Source: Salpingoeca rosetta (Eukaryota; Protista; Choanoflagellata). Taken from it: a stretch of DNA of 23,752 bases. A model generated the notes under the pieces. That model saw nothing but the letters and a program-made list of their open reading frames with translations, was not told where the DNA came from and made no database searches. The stretch's first letter is position 1, and every line of letters begins with the position of its first letter. This document shows, piece by piece, positions 1-10,333 of the stretch. Location of the stretch: contig JAWQFM010000016.1 of NCBI GenBank assembly GCA_033442325.1, forward strand, positions 1 to 23,752. The letters are read 5' to 3'. The translations under genes and the position numbers were made by a program.

Positions 1-204
1 CATCAGCATAGGATGCGCCACCGCCACCACTTGATGCTGAGATATGTGTCCCTGCCAAGCGACCTCCCCATCGCCCGATGGGAACGGGTGGGGACAGCCC
101 CCCTTGCCTTTTCGGCTGGAAGCAGCAGCAACAGCAGAGGTGAGCGAGAAGAAGAGGGGAAACGGAGAGGAGAGGTGTGTTGGCTGGTTGGATGGAATGA
201 GGTG
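1..204. repeat. Inverted duplication, left copy (partner 3770-~3978)
   Basis: 109-204 is the exact reverse complement of 3770-3865. 1-108 is a diverged reverse complement of 3866-~3978. Confidence 0.92.
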
Positions 205-3200
205 ACCGTGTCACTTCCCTCCTTCCCCTGCTTGCCCCACTCCACACAACACAGCCCACCAACCAACCAAGCAACCATCAACGATTATACTCACCTGTGC
301 CTGATGCAGCCAGCCAGCCAGCCAGCCAATGTGCCACAGCGAAGCCAGAAAAAGGAACCGCAATCACATGCCACGGCCACCATCGTCATCGCTGGTGGAG
401 CAGAAAGAGGAGATGAAGGGGGAAGAGTGGTGGGCACGGGCGTGTCCTTCCTTGTCTTCATCGGCGCAGCCCCAAACACGCTGCACAGCACACGCACACG
501 CACGGCCATCATCACAGCACCAGCACCACCAGCAGCGAGCCAGCCTGCCCTGCGTGCCTGTGAGGCAAGGAGAAACCAACCAGAGACGAACAACAACGAC
601 CGGCGATGGTGACGACAGGAAAGGAGGGACACAAAGGACCACGCATGGGAATATGCAGCATGTTGTGGGCGGGGTGCATCACCTACACACAAGACCAACG
701 AGGCAAGCACCCAACAAGCACCCACCAGGCAAGCAAGCACACCACATCCACCACTGCTGCAATACCTGTGTTGGCCGCAGTCTCAATCACGCCTCAGCAG
801 CTGCACATCGCATGGGGAAGGCTGATGATGATGATGACGGCACAGAGCAAAGGCGATTGGTTGGGAAAAGAAGGAAGGGGATTCGGTTGGGGAAACCCGC
901 ACTCATCCGCCTGCAGCCACGCACACACGCACACGCACATGTGAGTTGTGTGATTGATTCATGTGAGACACACGTCAGTGCAACCACCCCACAGCCAATG
1001 ACTGCTCTGATGTGTTGGCATGCATGTGTATATGCGTGCGTGTGTGTACGTGCGTGCAAATGAGTAGTACCACACACATACACACACACACAGCGGCAGC
1101 CTCTCACCTTGTGCCTTCTTTTCTCGCACATTCGTGTGTGCGTGTATTGCCCTGCTCGTGTTATGAGGGCTTGGGAAGAGATCGGCCACCGTCCTGTGCA
1201 AAATCGCACACATGTACACATGCGCAAGCACAAACAACAAATTAGCAAGAATGACACCACGCAGTGAGCCAGCATGGCAGAAACAAACCACATCCACCTC
1301 GTTTGCCACATTCACATCACCCACATCACCACCCGTGCACGCACATTTCACACCCCACACACAGACACCACATCACCACCACCACAAGCAGCACACCTGC
1401 ACATGCGTGTGCGTGCGCCGTGTACATCCACCACAAATCACTCACCACCACCAGCAGCGTCGTCACGCGAGGCAACGGCACATCGACGCACATCACACCC
1501 TGTGTGTGTGTGCGCGTGGAGAAAGCGGTGAGTTGTCGCAGAATCAGGCTGTCAACGACAGCAACACCCATCGCCACCAGCACCAACAGGCTCAACGACA
1601 TCCAACCAGCGCTTCACAATCACACACATATACATGCTGTTGTTCACACCCAACACATCACACGCCACCCACGTCACCAACACCAACACCCATTCATCTC
1701 ACCTCCACATTCACGGTCGCAGCCGCTGTTGGTGACCAATGACGATGACGAGGACGAGGAGGAGGAAGGGATGGACGAGAGACAGAGGGCCAGTTCATCC
1801 ACAATGCAGCCACACATCAGTTGTTGCTGCTGCTGGTGAAAACGGTGAAAACAAACGGCCCCTTGCCACGCCGTGTCCATTTGCTCGCTCGCTCGGCTGC
1901 TTGCTTGGTCGGTTGGATGGAGACGGATTCGTGGTCCTGTGTCACAATCAATCAAAAAGGAGAAGAAGAAGAGACACATGAGTGGACAGAACAGACAAGG
2001 AAAGAGGGAGGCGAAGAAGGGAACACAACATGTCAACCAACACACACACACACACACATCTCAGTCGCCCTCTCACCTTCATCACTCGTCATCATCGTCA
2101 TCGTCGTTGGCTCCACCGCTTCATGCGCTTCCTCAACGCTGTGAATTGTGTGTGCACGGTCACAAGATGGGAGAGGATGCAGGGGGGTGAGGTTGATAGC
2201 GAAGCATCATTAACCACACGCCAGCCCCATCGAACCACCCGCATTGACACACAACCACACGCACACACACATGTTGTCTCCACTCATCCCATCACCATGC
2301 ACATACACGCACATTGCTCACCTCTTCATCAGAGCGAGTGACATGTGCAATGTCTGACTCACGCCAGATTGGGGCTGGCGTCGGCTGGAGTGTGATGACG
2401 GCTGTGCTGTCGATGATGGTGATGGTGATGACGGTGACAGCCGAGCTGTGGTGGAAGAGAGAGAGAAAGGAGAGAGAAATGGGGGAAGGGTTGCTGATGA
2501 TGAGGATGATGGGGTAGTTCGTGGCGGCTTCCTTCCCTCCTCTGATGTGGCCCTGGTGCCCGTACAACCAACACACAACGAAGAGACACAACGACATCAT
2601 CACACACAGCACACAGGTATGGCATGTGAGCACAGCAGACGTGTTCACCTTCCTGTCCCTCTCTTTTGCTTTCCTCCTCGCCCCACGACACACACACACG
2701 CACACACACCTGCACATGACTGCGTCACTGTGGTTGGATGTGCCCACCATGACCATGGACGTGCGTGCCCACAGCTGCTCCTCCCAACCCATCATGTGTG
2801 CACCGCCCATCATCCTCCAACGATCCTTAGGCAGTCGCCCCCTGCAGCCACAAGCATACACACACACACACACATGGCATGTGAGCTGCACAGCTACACT
2901 GCTGCACGAGACACAGCAGAAGCAACAACAAGCACCCACAGCAGCAACACCAACACATGCACCATACGCCAACCAAAGCATGCATGATGGGCCCACCTTG
3001 CTCACGCATATGGGAACACTGCATGAGCACAGCAGTGGCAGCTGAATAGAGGAAGTTGCAGCAGCAGCAGCCGGCATGCGAGCCCGCTTCCATCAACATC
3101 GTGATGTGTGCTGATACCTTACCACCTGTGCATATATGTGTGTGTGTGCGTGGTTGCAGGGAACGTGGATGGGAACAGAACACAACAGGCACAGAGCAAG

Positions 3201-3769
3201 CCATCATGTCGGTACAGCAGAACGAGTGATTGATATCACACGCACCACGGGCGTGTGTGTGTGTGTATGTGTCAGTGTATGTGATCATCATCCCCCATCA
3301 ACCCCTTTCTCTTGTTCGCTTCACCACATCCCCCCCCCACACACACACACACAACCAACCACTCATCACCACCCACATACCATATGTGAGGCGAGTGCAG
3401 CTGGTACGCGTGACAAATATCCTCGACATTTCCCTCATCCTGCTGCTTGCGAGTGTGCATCGCCTGTAAATGTGTTTGTGTGCGAGCACCAGCATGGTGA
3501 GTGAGTGGGAGGGAAGAGGGAGCATGGATATGTGCACAGCTACATGCTGCTGTCGCTGCTGGTGTTGTGCATGCAGGTGTGAAGAAGGAGAAAGGGAAGA
3601 GAGCCCAGGGAAGAGAGAGAAAACAGAAAACAAAAGGGAAGGAACAAGACATGCTGCGCCCCATCCATCCATCCATCCCTCTTCCTCACACCACCACACA
3701 CCATCGTCCTCTGTCATCAGCCAGCCAGCCACACCACACCACACCACACTCACCCAGCAACCCCCACCC

Positions 3770-3978
3770 CACCTCATTCCATCCAACCAGCCAACACACC
3801 TCTCCTCTCCGTTTCCCCTCTTCTTCTCGCTCACCTCTGCTGTTGCTGCTGCTTCCAGCCGAAAATGCAACTTGTGCTGTCGCCACCTGTTCCCAGTGGG
3901 CGATGGGTTGGTTGGTTGGTTGGTTGGGATGTGTTCAGCAGCAAGTGGTGGTGGTGGTGCATCCTCTGCTGCTGCTGC
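3770..3978. repeat. Inverted duplication, right copy (partner 1-204)
   Basis: The same peptide (TSQHTSPLRFPSSSRSPLLLLLLPAE) appears in ORFs 3..281(-) and 3501..4025(+). Confidence 0.92.
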
Positions 3979-4955
3979 ATCGGCGGTGGAGGGTGTGTTG
4001 GCTGGTGCTGCTGTTGTTGTTGTGATGGCTGCCAGGGAGGGCGAGAAAGAGAGGGGAAGACAAACAGCAGCTGCAAGGTGGAGAATGTGCAGGTGTGCAG
4101 GCGGTTGTGTGTGAGAGCGACGAATGAGACAACGCATCAAGCAAGGCAAAACAGGCAGCCGCACGACACACATGCATGCACATTGATGGGGGACAACAAG
4201 GGGAGACAGGAACAGCAGAGACAGCGACCACAAAACATGTGATGCTGTGCGCATCACGCACACACACATGCAGTGATGCACTCACGTTGTTCATCGCTTG
4301 CTTGTCTGCGGCGTGAGTTGATGTTGTTGCTGCTTCCACAGCCGCATACAGCGTGGCTGGATGGTCATCACATGGCAGCGCCCGTCTGTTCATCCCACCA
4401 GAGCAGTGGTGGTTGGTGGAGGGGGGTGACAGCTGCTGGCTCAAGGGCCCTCTGTGTGGCGACAGCAGAAAGAAGGGGAAACGAGCAAGTGTGGAGGGAG
4501 GAGGGTGGTAGTGTTGAGGATGGGAAGGATGTGAGCAAACGCACAAGCAAGTGAAGAGGTGGTGATGATGGCGTGTGGATGGGTGGAGAAGAGACAGTGC
4601 ACGTCGACACGCTCACACACCTGCCACGCGTTGTCGCCACTGAACAGGTTGATCCTGGCAGACGCCAGCAGCGCTGACAGCAGCACATACCACAGTTATG
4701 ACACACAGGTTGGCAGATGGTGAGAGTGGTTGAATGGACACGAAAACAAGCGAGCAACGCACACACCACACCACAAACGTCACCACGCTCACTCGACAGC
4801 CCCCTGTCCCAACAACATACTCCCTCACCTGTGTGCACTTGGGTGGAGAGGGACTTGAAGAACTCCTCAAACACAAACACAACGCGTCTCTGTATCATCT
4901 CCACCACCTCTCAGGGATCGACCGCAGGATCCTCGGACGCTGAACGCAGTTGTGT

Positions 4956-5055
4956 NNNNNNNNNNNNNNNNNNNNNNNNNNNNNNNNNNNNNNNNNNNNN
5001 NNNNNNNNNNNNNNNNNNNNNNNNNNNNNNNNNNNNNNNNNNNNNNNNNNNNNNN
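4956..5055. other. Assembly gap (100 N)
   Basis: Run of 100 N inside an exostosin-like intron. Confidence 1.
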
Positions 5056-5511
5056 CCCTTTTTTCCGTCGTGTCGTGTTTCCTATGATCGGGCACCGTTA
5101 GGGGACCATTCCGTCGTTTCAAAATTGATTACCGTTCCCCCTCTAGTTTTTTCTCCTCTCTTTGAGCGGTCGTCTCACAATCCTTGCGCTACATCAGCGC
5201 GTGTCTGACCTGCTCCGGCTACTCTGTGTACATCGTGCACGTCCCAAAGTGTTTGTGCGTGTGTGTGTGTGTCTATGCGACGCACATGCATGCCATCTCT
5301 CACACAATCCCCACCAAAGCTCATCTCCCCTCACGCATCACTTCACATCCCCATGTCACCGATCTGTCACCTCACCTCGAGGAGCCTGTGCTCGGGAATG
5401 CGCCTGCTGAACATCTCCCAGTCCAGCAGGTCCTGGTAGGGCTGCAAGCGTGCAAAAAGCAAACGCCCGAACATAACATCACAGCGCCATGAGCGAAGGG
5501 AGGGTACATGT

Positions 5512-5594
<83 letters not shown>

Positions 5595-5777
5595 GTATAA
5601 TCCATCCATACGCACCAGCACGTAGTGGTCGACGACAATGACGGGGATGGCGCCCGCAGCCATGATCTATGAGGCATGAAAGAGGGTGGCAGGAGATGGA
5701 AGGTGGGTGAGAGCACGAACAGGACCGAAATCGTCTGCAACACACAACCACACACACAAACAAACACACACACACGC

Positions 5778-5858
<81 letters not shown>

Positions 5859-5861
5859 CAC
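5512..5861. repeat. Two intronic (CA)n microsatellites
   Basis: Tracts at ~5512-5592 and ~5745-5861. Confidence 0.95.
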
Positions 5862-7779
5862 CTGCAGGAGTGGTAGCCAAATCCATCCACGATGAGCCCA
5901 AACTTGGTCTCCAGCGCCAGCTCCGTGTACGTGTACTTGTTGAACTCTTCCTCTGCCTGCTTACACGAGGGGCCATATCCAACCTTCCCCTCACGGCCCA
6001 TTCGCTCTTCGCCAAACCACCGGCACGCGCACACCAACACAATGTCCCTGCAAACGTGCAAACACAAACGATATGTGTGTGTGTGTATGTGTGAGGTGGA
6101 TCCAGACAGATACACACACAGCACCAAAACCATTTGACTCCACCACAACACACACGGAACACAAGAACACACAACACATCACACACCATAGCACACCATA
6201 CCTGCCATTGTGCAGCCTGGGGAGGTGGTTGCACATGGCATCAAGAACGAGCAGACTTGGTGGTACCCTTGCACAACAGGGAAAGAAGACACATGTCAAG
6301 CAGCGACACCACAAGAGGTTTGGAGTGAGATCGCAGTGGCACAAGAAGGGCGAGTGGTGGTGCAGTGAGCGACACCAACCCCTCAAAACCCAGCAGCAAC
6401 AGTGAACATCGAACCCACATCGCACCACGTCACAACACGCATACATGCATGCATGTACACACCTGAAGGTGACGAGGTACTTTCTGTTTGCGGGCGGAAC
6501 GCGTCGCTGCTCCGGTGTGGATGAATGTCACCATGGAGAAGAGTGGCATGGACACATCGAGGCCGTCATGGTGGTGGAATTCACTGAAGTGGTGTGATGA
6601 GATGGAACAGACAGGATTGGTGAAGCGTGTAAGCATCAGCAGTCACACATGGTGCGTGCCAACCCCATATTCACTTCTCTTCCAACACATACACACACAC
6701 ATACACACACACACACACACCTGTGTCAGCATCGTGGATTGACGAGGAGGAGGTGATGGACGAGCCAGGGCATGCGACACAGCAAGTCGTTGCCAGCCAA
6801 CACACACCACCATACCACTTCTGGAACGGACAACATGATTGTGTCCACCGCACTTGCGGCTTGATCGACGATGAGGATGGATGGCGAGTTGCATGGAATG
6901 CCGTGGCAGGAAAAGGCCATTGTCCGCAGCCACGCCACTGATCCACTTGCATCCGCCGTGTAGCAGCTCATCAAGCGTGGTGGTGTCTGCTGTGTTCGTG
7001 CTGCGATCAGTGGTCACACCCGTAGAGGAGGGTGTTGTGAGCCAGCACGCCGCCTGCAGTGCCCACATGGCTCAACCGGCTTGCAGACTGTTGATGGTGG
7101 TCGTTTCATCCACTGCTGCTGTCACCGCTGTCATTGCTGTTGTTGATGGGCTGATGATGAGCACAGGTGGTGGGAGTGGCATCAAAGAGAGGGATGCCAT
7201 TGCTGAGGCTGTTGTTGGCGACGACGCCACCAACCCCCAAGCACAGTTGCCAGTGCCCTTGCCGAGTGCATCTTGGATGCTGTTGCCAGGCAGTGGGCTG
7301 ATTGACAGTGTTTGTGGCTTGTGTCACGCATGTATGCGGGCCAAGAAGGAGACCTGCCTCTCTGTGGTTGTTCACTGCCTGCTTGCTGGCTGGCTTGCCG
7401 TGCACTTGTCGTGCTTTTGTCCCGGTCGCAAGCAGCGCAGCAGTTGTTACCCCTTCCCTTTCGTTCCTCCACGCAGAGCACTGCTCCATCAAGCCATTCG
7501 CCCCTGCCTGTGCATGTCTGTGCGTGCCTGTGCCTGTACCTGTGCCTGTGCGTCTGCCTTCCATCACAGCAATGAACCCCGTTCAACAACAAAGAAGAAA
7601 GTGCTGACTCGGCAATTCTGTTTGTGTTTGTGTTTTGTGAGGGAAGAAGACAACAAGAAGGAAGATGCGTGCAACAGCAGTGACGGCGCTGCTGTGGTGG
7701 CAGTGTGCTGTGTGCTGCGTGTGCTGTTCAGCCGCTGTGGCGAGCGTCGTCCAAGCTCAAGTTCAGTGCAACAAGATGA

Positions 7780-7781
<2 letters not shown>

Positions 7782-7848
<67 letters not shown>
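7782..7848. repeat. (GT)n microsatellite
   Basis: Perfect GT run. Confidence 0.95.
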
Positions 7849-7852
<4 letters not shown>

Positions 7853-8061
7853 GAGTTGCGTGCGCATCCCCTCGTCCCATCGCTGCTCTCACCTACCAAC
7901 ACCTCTTCCCCCCCCCCACACTCACACTCGCGCACACCGTATCTGACAATCGGACCTTTGCGTTTGCTGGCAACTTGGCGCAAACATCTAGGACGTGTGA
8001 TGCGTGTGCCACGCTTCTGCTACACCTTTCAACTTTTCCCCACAAGCGCCGTTGAGTACGG

Positions 8062-8161
8062 NNNNNNNNNNNNNNNNNNNNNNNNNNNNNNNNNNNNNNN
8101 NNNNNNNNNNNNNNNNNNNNNNNNNNNNNNNNNNNNNNNNNNNNNNNNNNNNNNNNNNNNN
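8062..8161. other. Assembly gap (100 N)
   Basis: Run of 100 N just upstream of the WSC exon. Confidence 1.
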
Positions 8162-8188
8162 AACACACACACACACACTTTTGTCCAG

Positions 8189-8300
8189 CCTTCCTCCGAC
8201 TGCAACGAGCCTTGCAAGGGGGCGTCCACCGAGATGTGCGGAGCAGCCAATCGCATGAACATCATCCGGGCAAACTGTTCCGGCAAACCCGATCCCACAG
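8189..8300 (+). CDS. Exon encoding the C-terminal half of a WSC carbohydrate-binding domain
   Basis: Bounded by a ttgtccag acceptor and a GT donor. Encodes PSSDCNEPCKGASTEMCGAANRMNII, matching the WSC C-terminal pattern C-N-x-P-C-x-G-x3-E-x-C-G-x3-R. It splices in frame (phase 1) to the GH3 exon at 8390. Confidence 0.75.
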
Positions 8301-8389
8301 GTGATTCCAACACACACACAGACACACACACACACACATAACCACCCACTCAGCTCATACGTGTCTGCTGTTGCATCTTGCCTCATCAG

Positions 8390-8863
8390 GCCATGCGTGC
8401 CTGTCTGCAGCGACGAAGGAGTTGCCGGTCTGCAACACGAGTCTGTCCATCGGTGCCCGCCTTGACGACCTCATTGGACGCCTCAGTCTTGAGGAGAAGG
8501 CCGGCCTCATTGGCCCTGATCCCGTCACCAGCCCATGCGCCTTCCTCGACTACGGCGTCAAAAGGTGGGAAAGGACATTCAGCGCCGACGCACTGACTCG
8601 TGACTTTGTCTGCTTGTGTTTCCCCATCCTCCCCGCTTCTTCGTGCCACAGCGGCATCAACCGCCACCACCACGTCTCACACAAAAACACCACCTCCCTC
8701 TTCATGCTCACATATGTGTGCATGGATTGCAGGCTCGACATCCCGCCGTATCTGCATCTGGTGGAGACGAACACGGCCGTAGCCTCTGCGTGCATCATCA
8801 GCCAGGACACGTGTGCCACCCACCTTCATTGGCCCCACAGGGTCTTGGCGCAGCCGTCAACCG

Positions 8864-8910
<47 letters not shown>

Positions 8911-9552
8911 CTACGTCTGCTATGTCTTCTTCTTCTTGATCAAAGCTACTGTCGTTCATTCCCTCCGTCCTCGTCCCGCCACTGGTCCTTCGCTTCCAGG
9001 TCATATCCACGGAGATGCACGCCTTCAACAATCTCAACTGGCACAGGCGCGGCGGCGTCTTGCAGAAGATCGGACTCGCAGGTGTGCCCTGCATCACGTG
9101 TTGCTGATGCTGGTGCATATCCCACACCCATGCGATCACTCTACAACAGTTGCACCCATGCCACCAACCCCCTTCACACGCACTCACTCACTCACTCACT
9201 TTGCAGGCCCACCTCCTCACTTTTACTGCACCCCTCTCAACCTCTGAGACCTCTGCTTGAGTGGTGGGTACGCTGCTGCTTACGTGCCCGGCTGCCAGGA
9301 CGGCTCGGACAGGAAGTACAAGAAAATGGCAGCAGGTACGCACGCATCCACACTCACACACATGTGTATGCAAACGCGCACAACCGTGTCAGCGACGCTG
9401 CCTCATTTGCACACTTGGTGGTGGTCGTGTCATTTACACTGCTGTCACCGCTCCATCGCATTTAGGTCTCAGGCACATTGACGCGTACTCGGTCGAGACA
9501 AACCGCATGGCATTCAACCGGAACATCTCCACCTTTGATCTCTGGGACACCG

Positions 9553-9639
<87 letters not shown>

Positions 9640-10130
9640 GGCTCGTGTACCTTGCATCAGAAGTTCTTGTCAGTTCGTCCACGCCACCATGCCTGTGCCA
9701 TCCCCTCACCTCCCACTTCCTCATCTTCATCCCGCTCTCCTCTGTCATGTGTTTCATGTGCAGTACAAGCGCGGGCACTCGCTAGCATGTGCTCGTACGC
9801 CAGCATCAAATGGCGTGCCCTCTCCGTGTGCGAACAACATGCTGCTCAACGACGTCGTGCGCAGGCCGTGGAAGCGTGACATGGTGACGATTGGAACAGA
9901 CTGCGGTGCGATTTGCAAAACACGGTCAACGCCAACACGTACGCCCGCAACCCCGTCGACGCTGTCGCGAAGACGCTGAACGATGACGCGGACATTGAGC
10001 TCAAGGAGACATACTTCACCACAAACGGCCACTTGGCACAGGCTGTGAAGCACAACCGCACGACAATCGACACAGAGAACAACAGCACCGTGCGGCGGGT
10101 CCTCAAAGATAGCTTCATCACGAGCCAATG
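8390..10130 (+). pseudogene. Glycoside hydrolase family 3 (beta-xylosidase-like) N-terminal domain, frameshifted and truncated
   Basis: Exons: 8390-8564 (CNTSLSIGARLDDLIGRLSLEEK), 8733-~8866 (LDIPPY...frameshift...TFIGPTG), 9000-9081 (VISTEMHAFNN), ~9207-9335 (YAAAYVPGCQDG), 9466-~9554 (LRHIDAYSVETNRMAFNRNIS..DLWDT) and 9764-10130 (MCSYAS/NGVPSPCAN..LLNDVVR..W...TDCGAI). The nucleophile Asp codon is at 9899-9901. Several frameshifts. No RDPRWGR motif and no GH3 C-terminal domain are seen. Confidence 0.88.
9555..9638. repeat. (GT)n microsatellite starting at a splice donor
   Basis: Perfect GT run directly after the GH3 exon. Confidence 0.95.
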
Positions 10131-10333
10131 GTATGTTTACTTATGCTGGCTGTGTGTGTGTGTGTGTGTGTGTGTCTGTGTGTCTGTGTGGTTGTGTGCT
10201 TGTTCTCAAAGTATCTTGTGAGGTCTGTGTCCTTGAGAACATGCAGCGGTGCACAGTTCCTCAACACCTCACAAGAGTGCTGTCAGTGCCTCTCACGCCA
10301 TCCTCCCCTCCACTTCCACACCCTCTCCTCCAG

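Larger units (their letters stand above)
4621..6636 (-). pseudogene. Exostosin family (GT47, EXT-like) glycosyltransferase, multi-exon, frameshifted
   Basis: Exons with GT/AG borders, read on the minus strand: ~6636-6463 (HDGLDVSMPLFS, frameshift, then VPPANRKYLVTFR), 6267-6202 (DAMCNHLPRLHNGR), 6047-5862 (DIVLVCAC...CKQAEEEFNKYTYTELALETKFGLIVDGFGYHSCR), ~5667-5616 (MAAGAIPVIVVDHYVL), 5441-5376 (PYQDLLDWEMFSRRIPEHRLLE), 4939-4829 (PRILRSIPE, frameshift, then VVEMIQRRVVFVFEEFFKSLSTQVHT), 4673-4621 (ALLASARINLF). These are colinear with the EXT1 motifs FDVSIPLF, PPLRKY, HVHNGEDVV, YDYREML..ATFCL, LQAACVPV and LPFSEVINW. At least two frameshifts. The 5' end is unresolved and may extend to about 7300. 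Confidence 0.85.

Noticed and set aside
205-3000. Many overlapping ORFs of 100-260 aa
   Set aside because: Low-complexity HT/CV-rich translations of CA/GT-rich DNA that is poor in stop codons; no recognisable motifs.
5056-5200. Compositionally distinct, T-rich stretch
   Set aside because: Abuts an N gap and is probably low-quality read end.
6650-7700. Possible 5' exons of the exostosin-like gene (GGHNHVV resembles the EXT GRNH motif)
   Set aside because: Similarity too weak and frames too broken to delimit.
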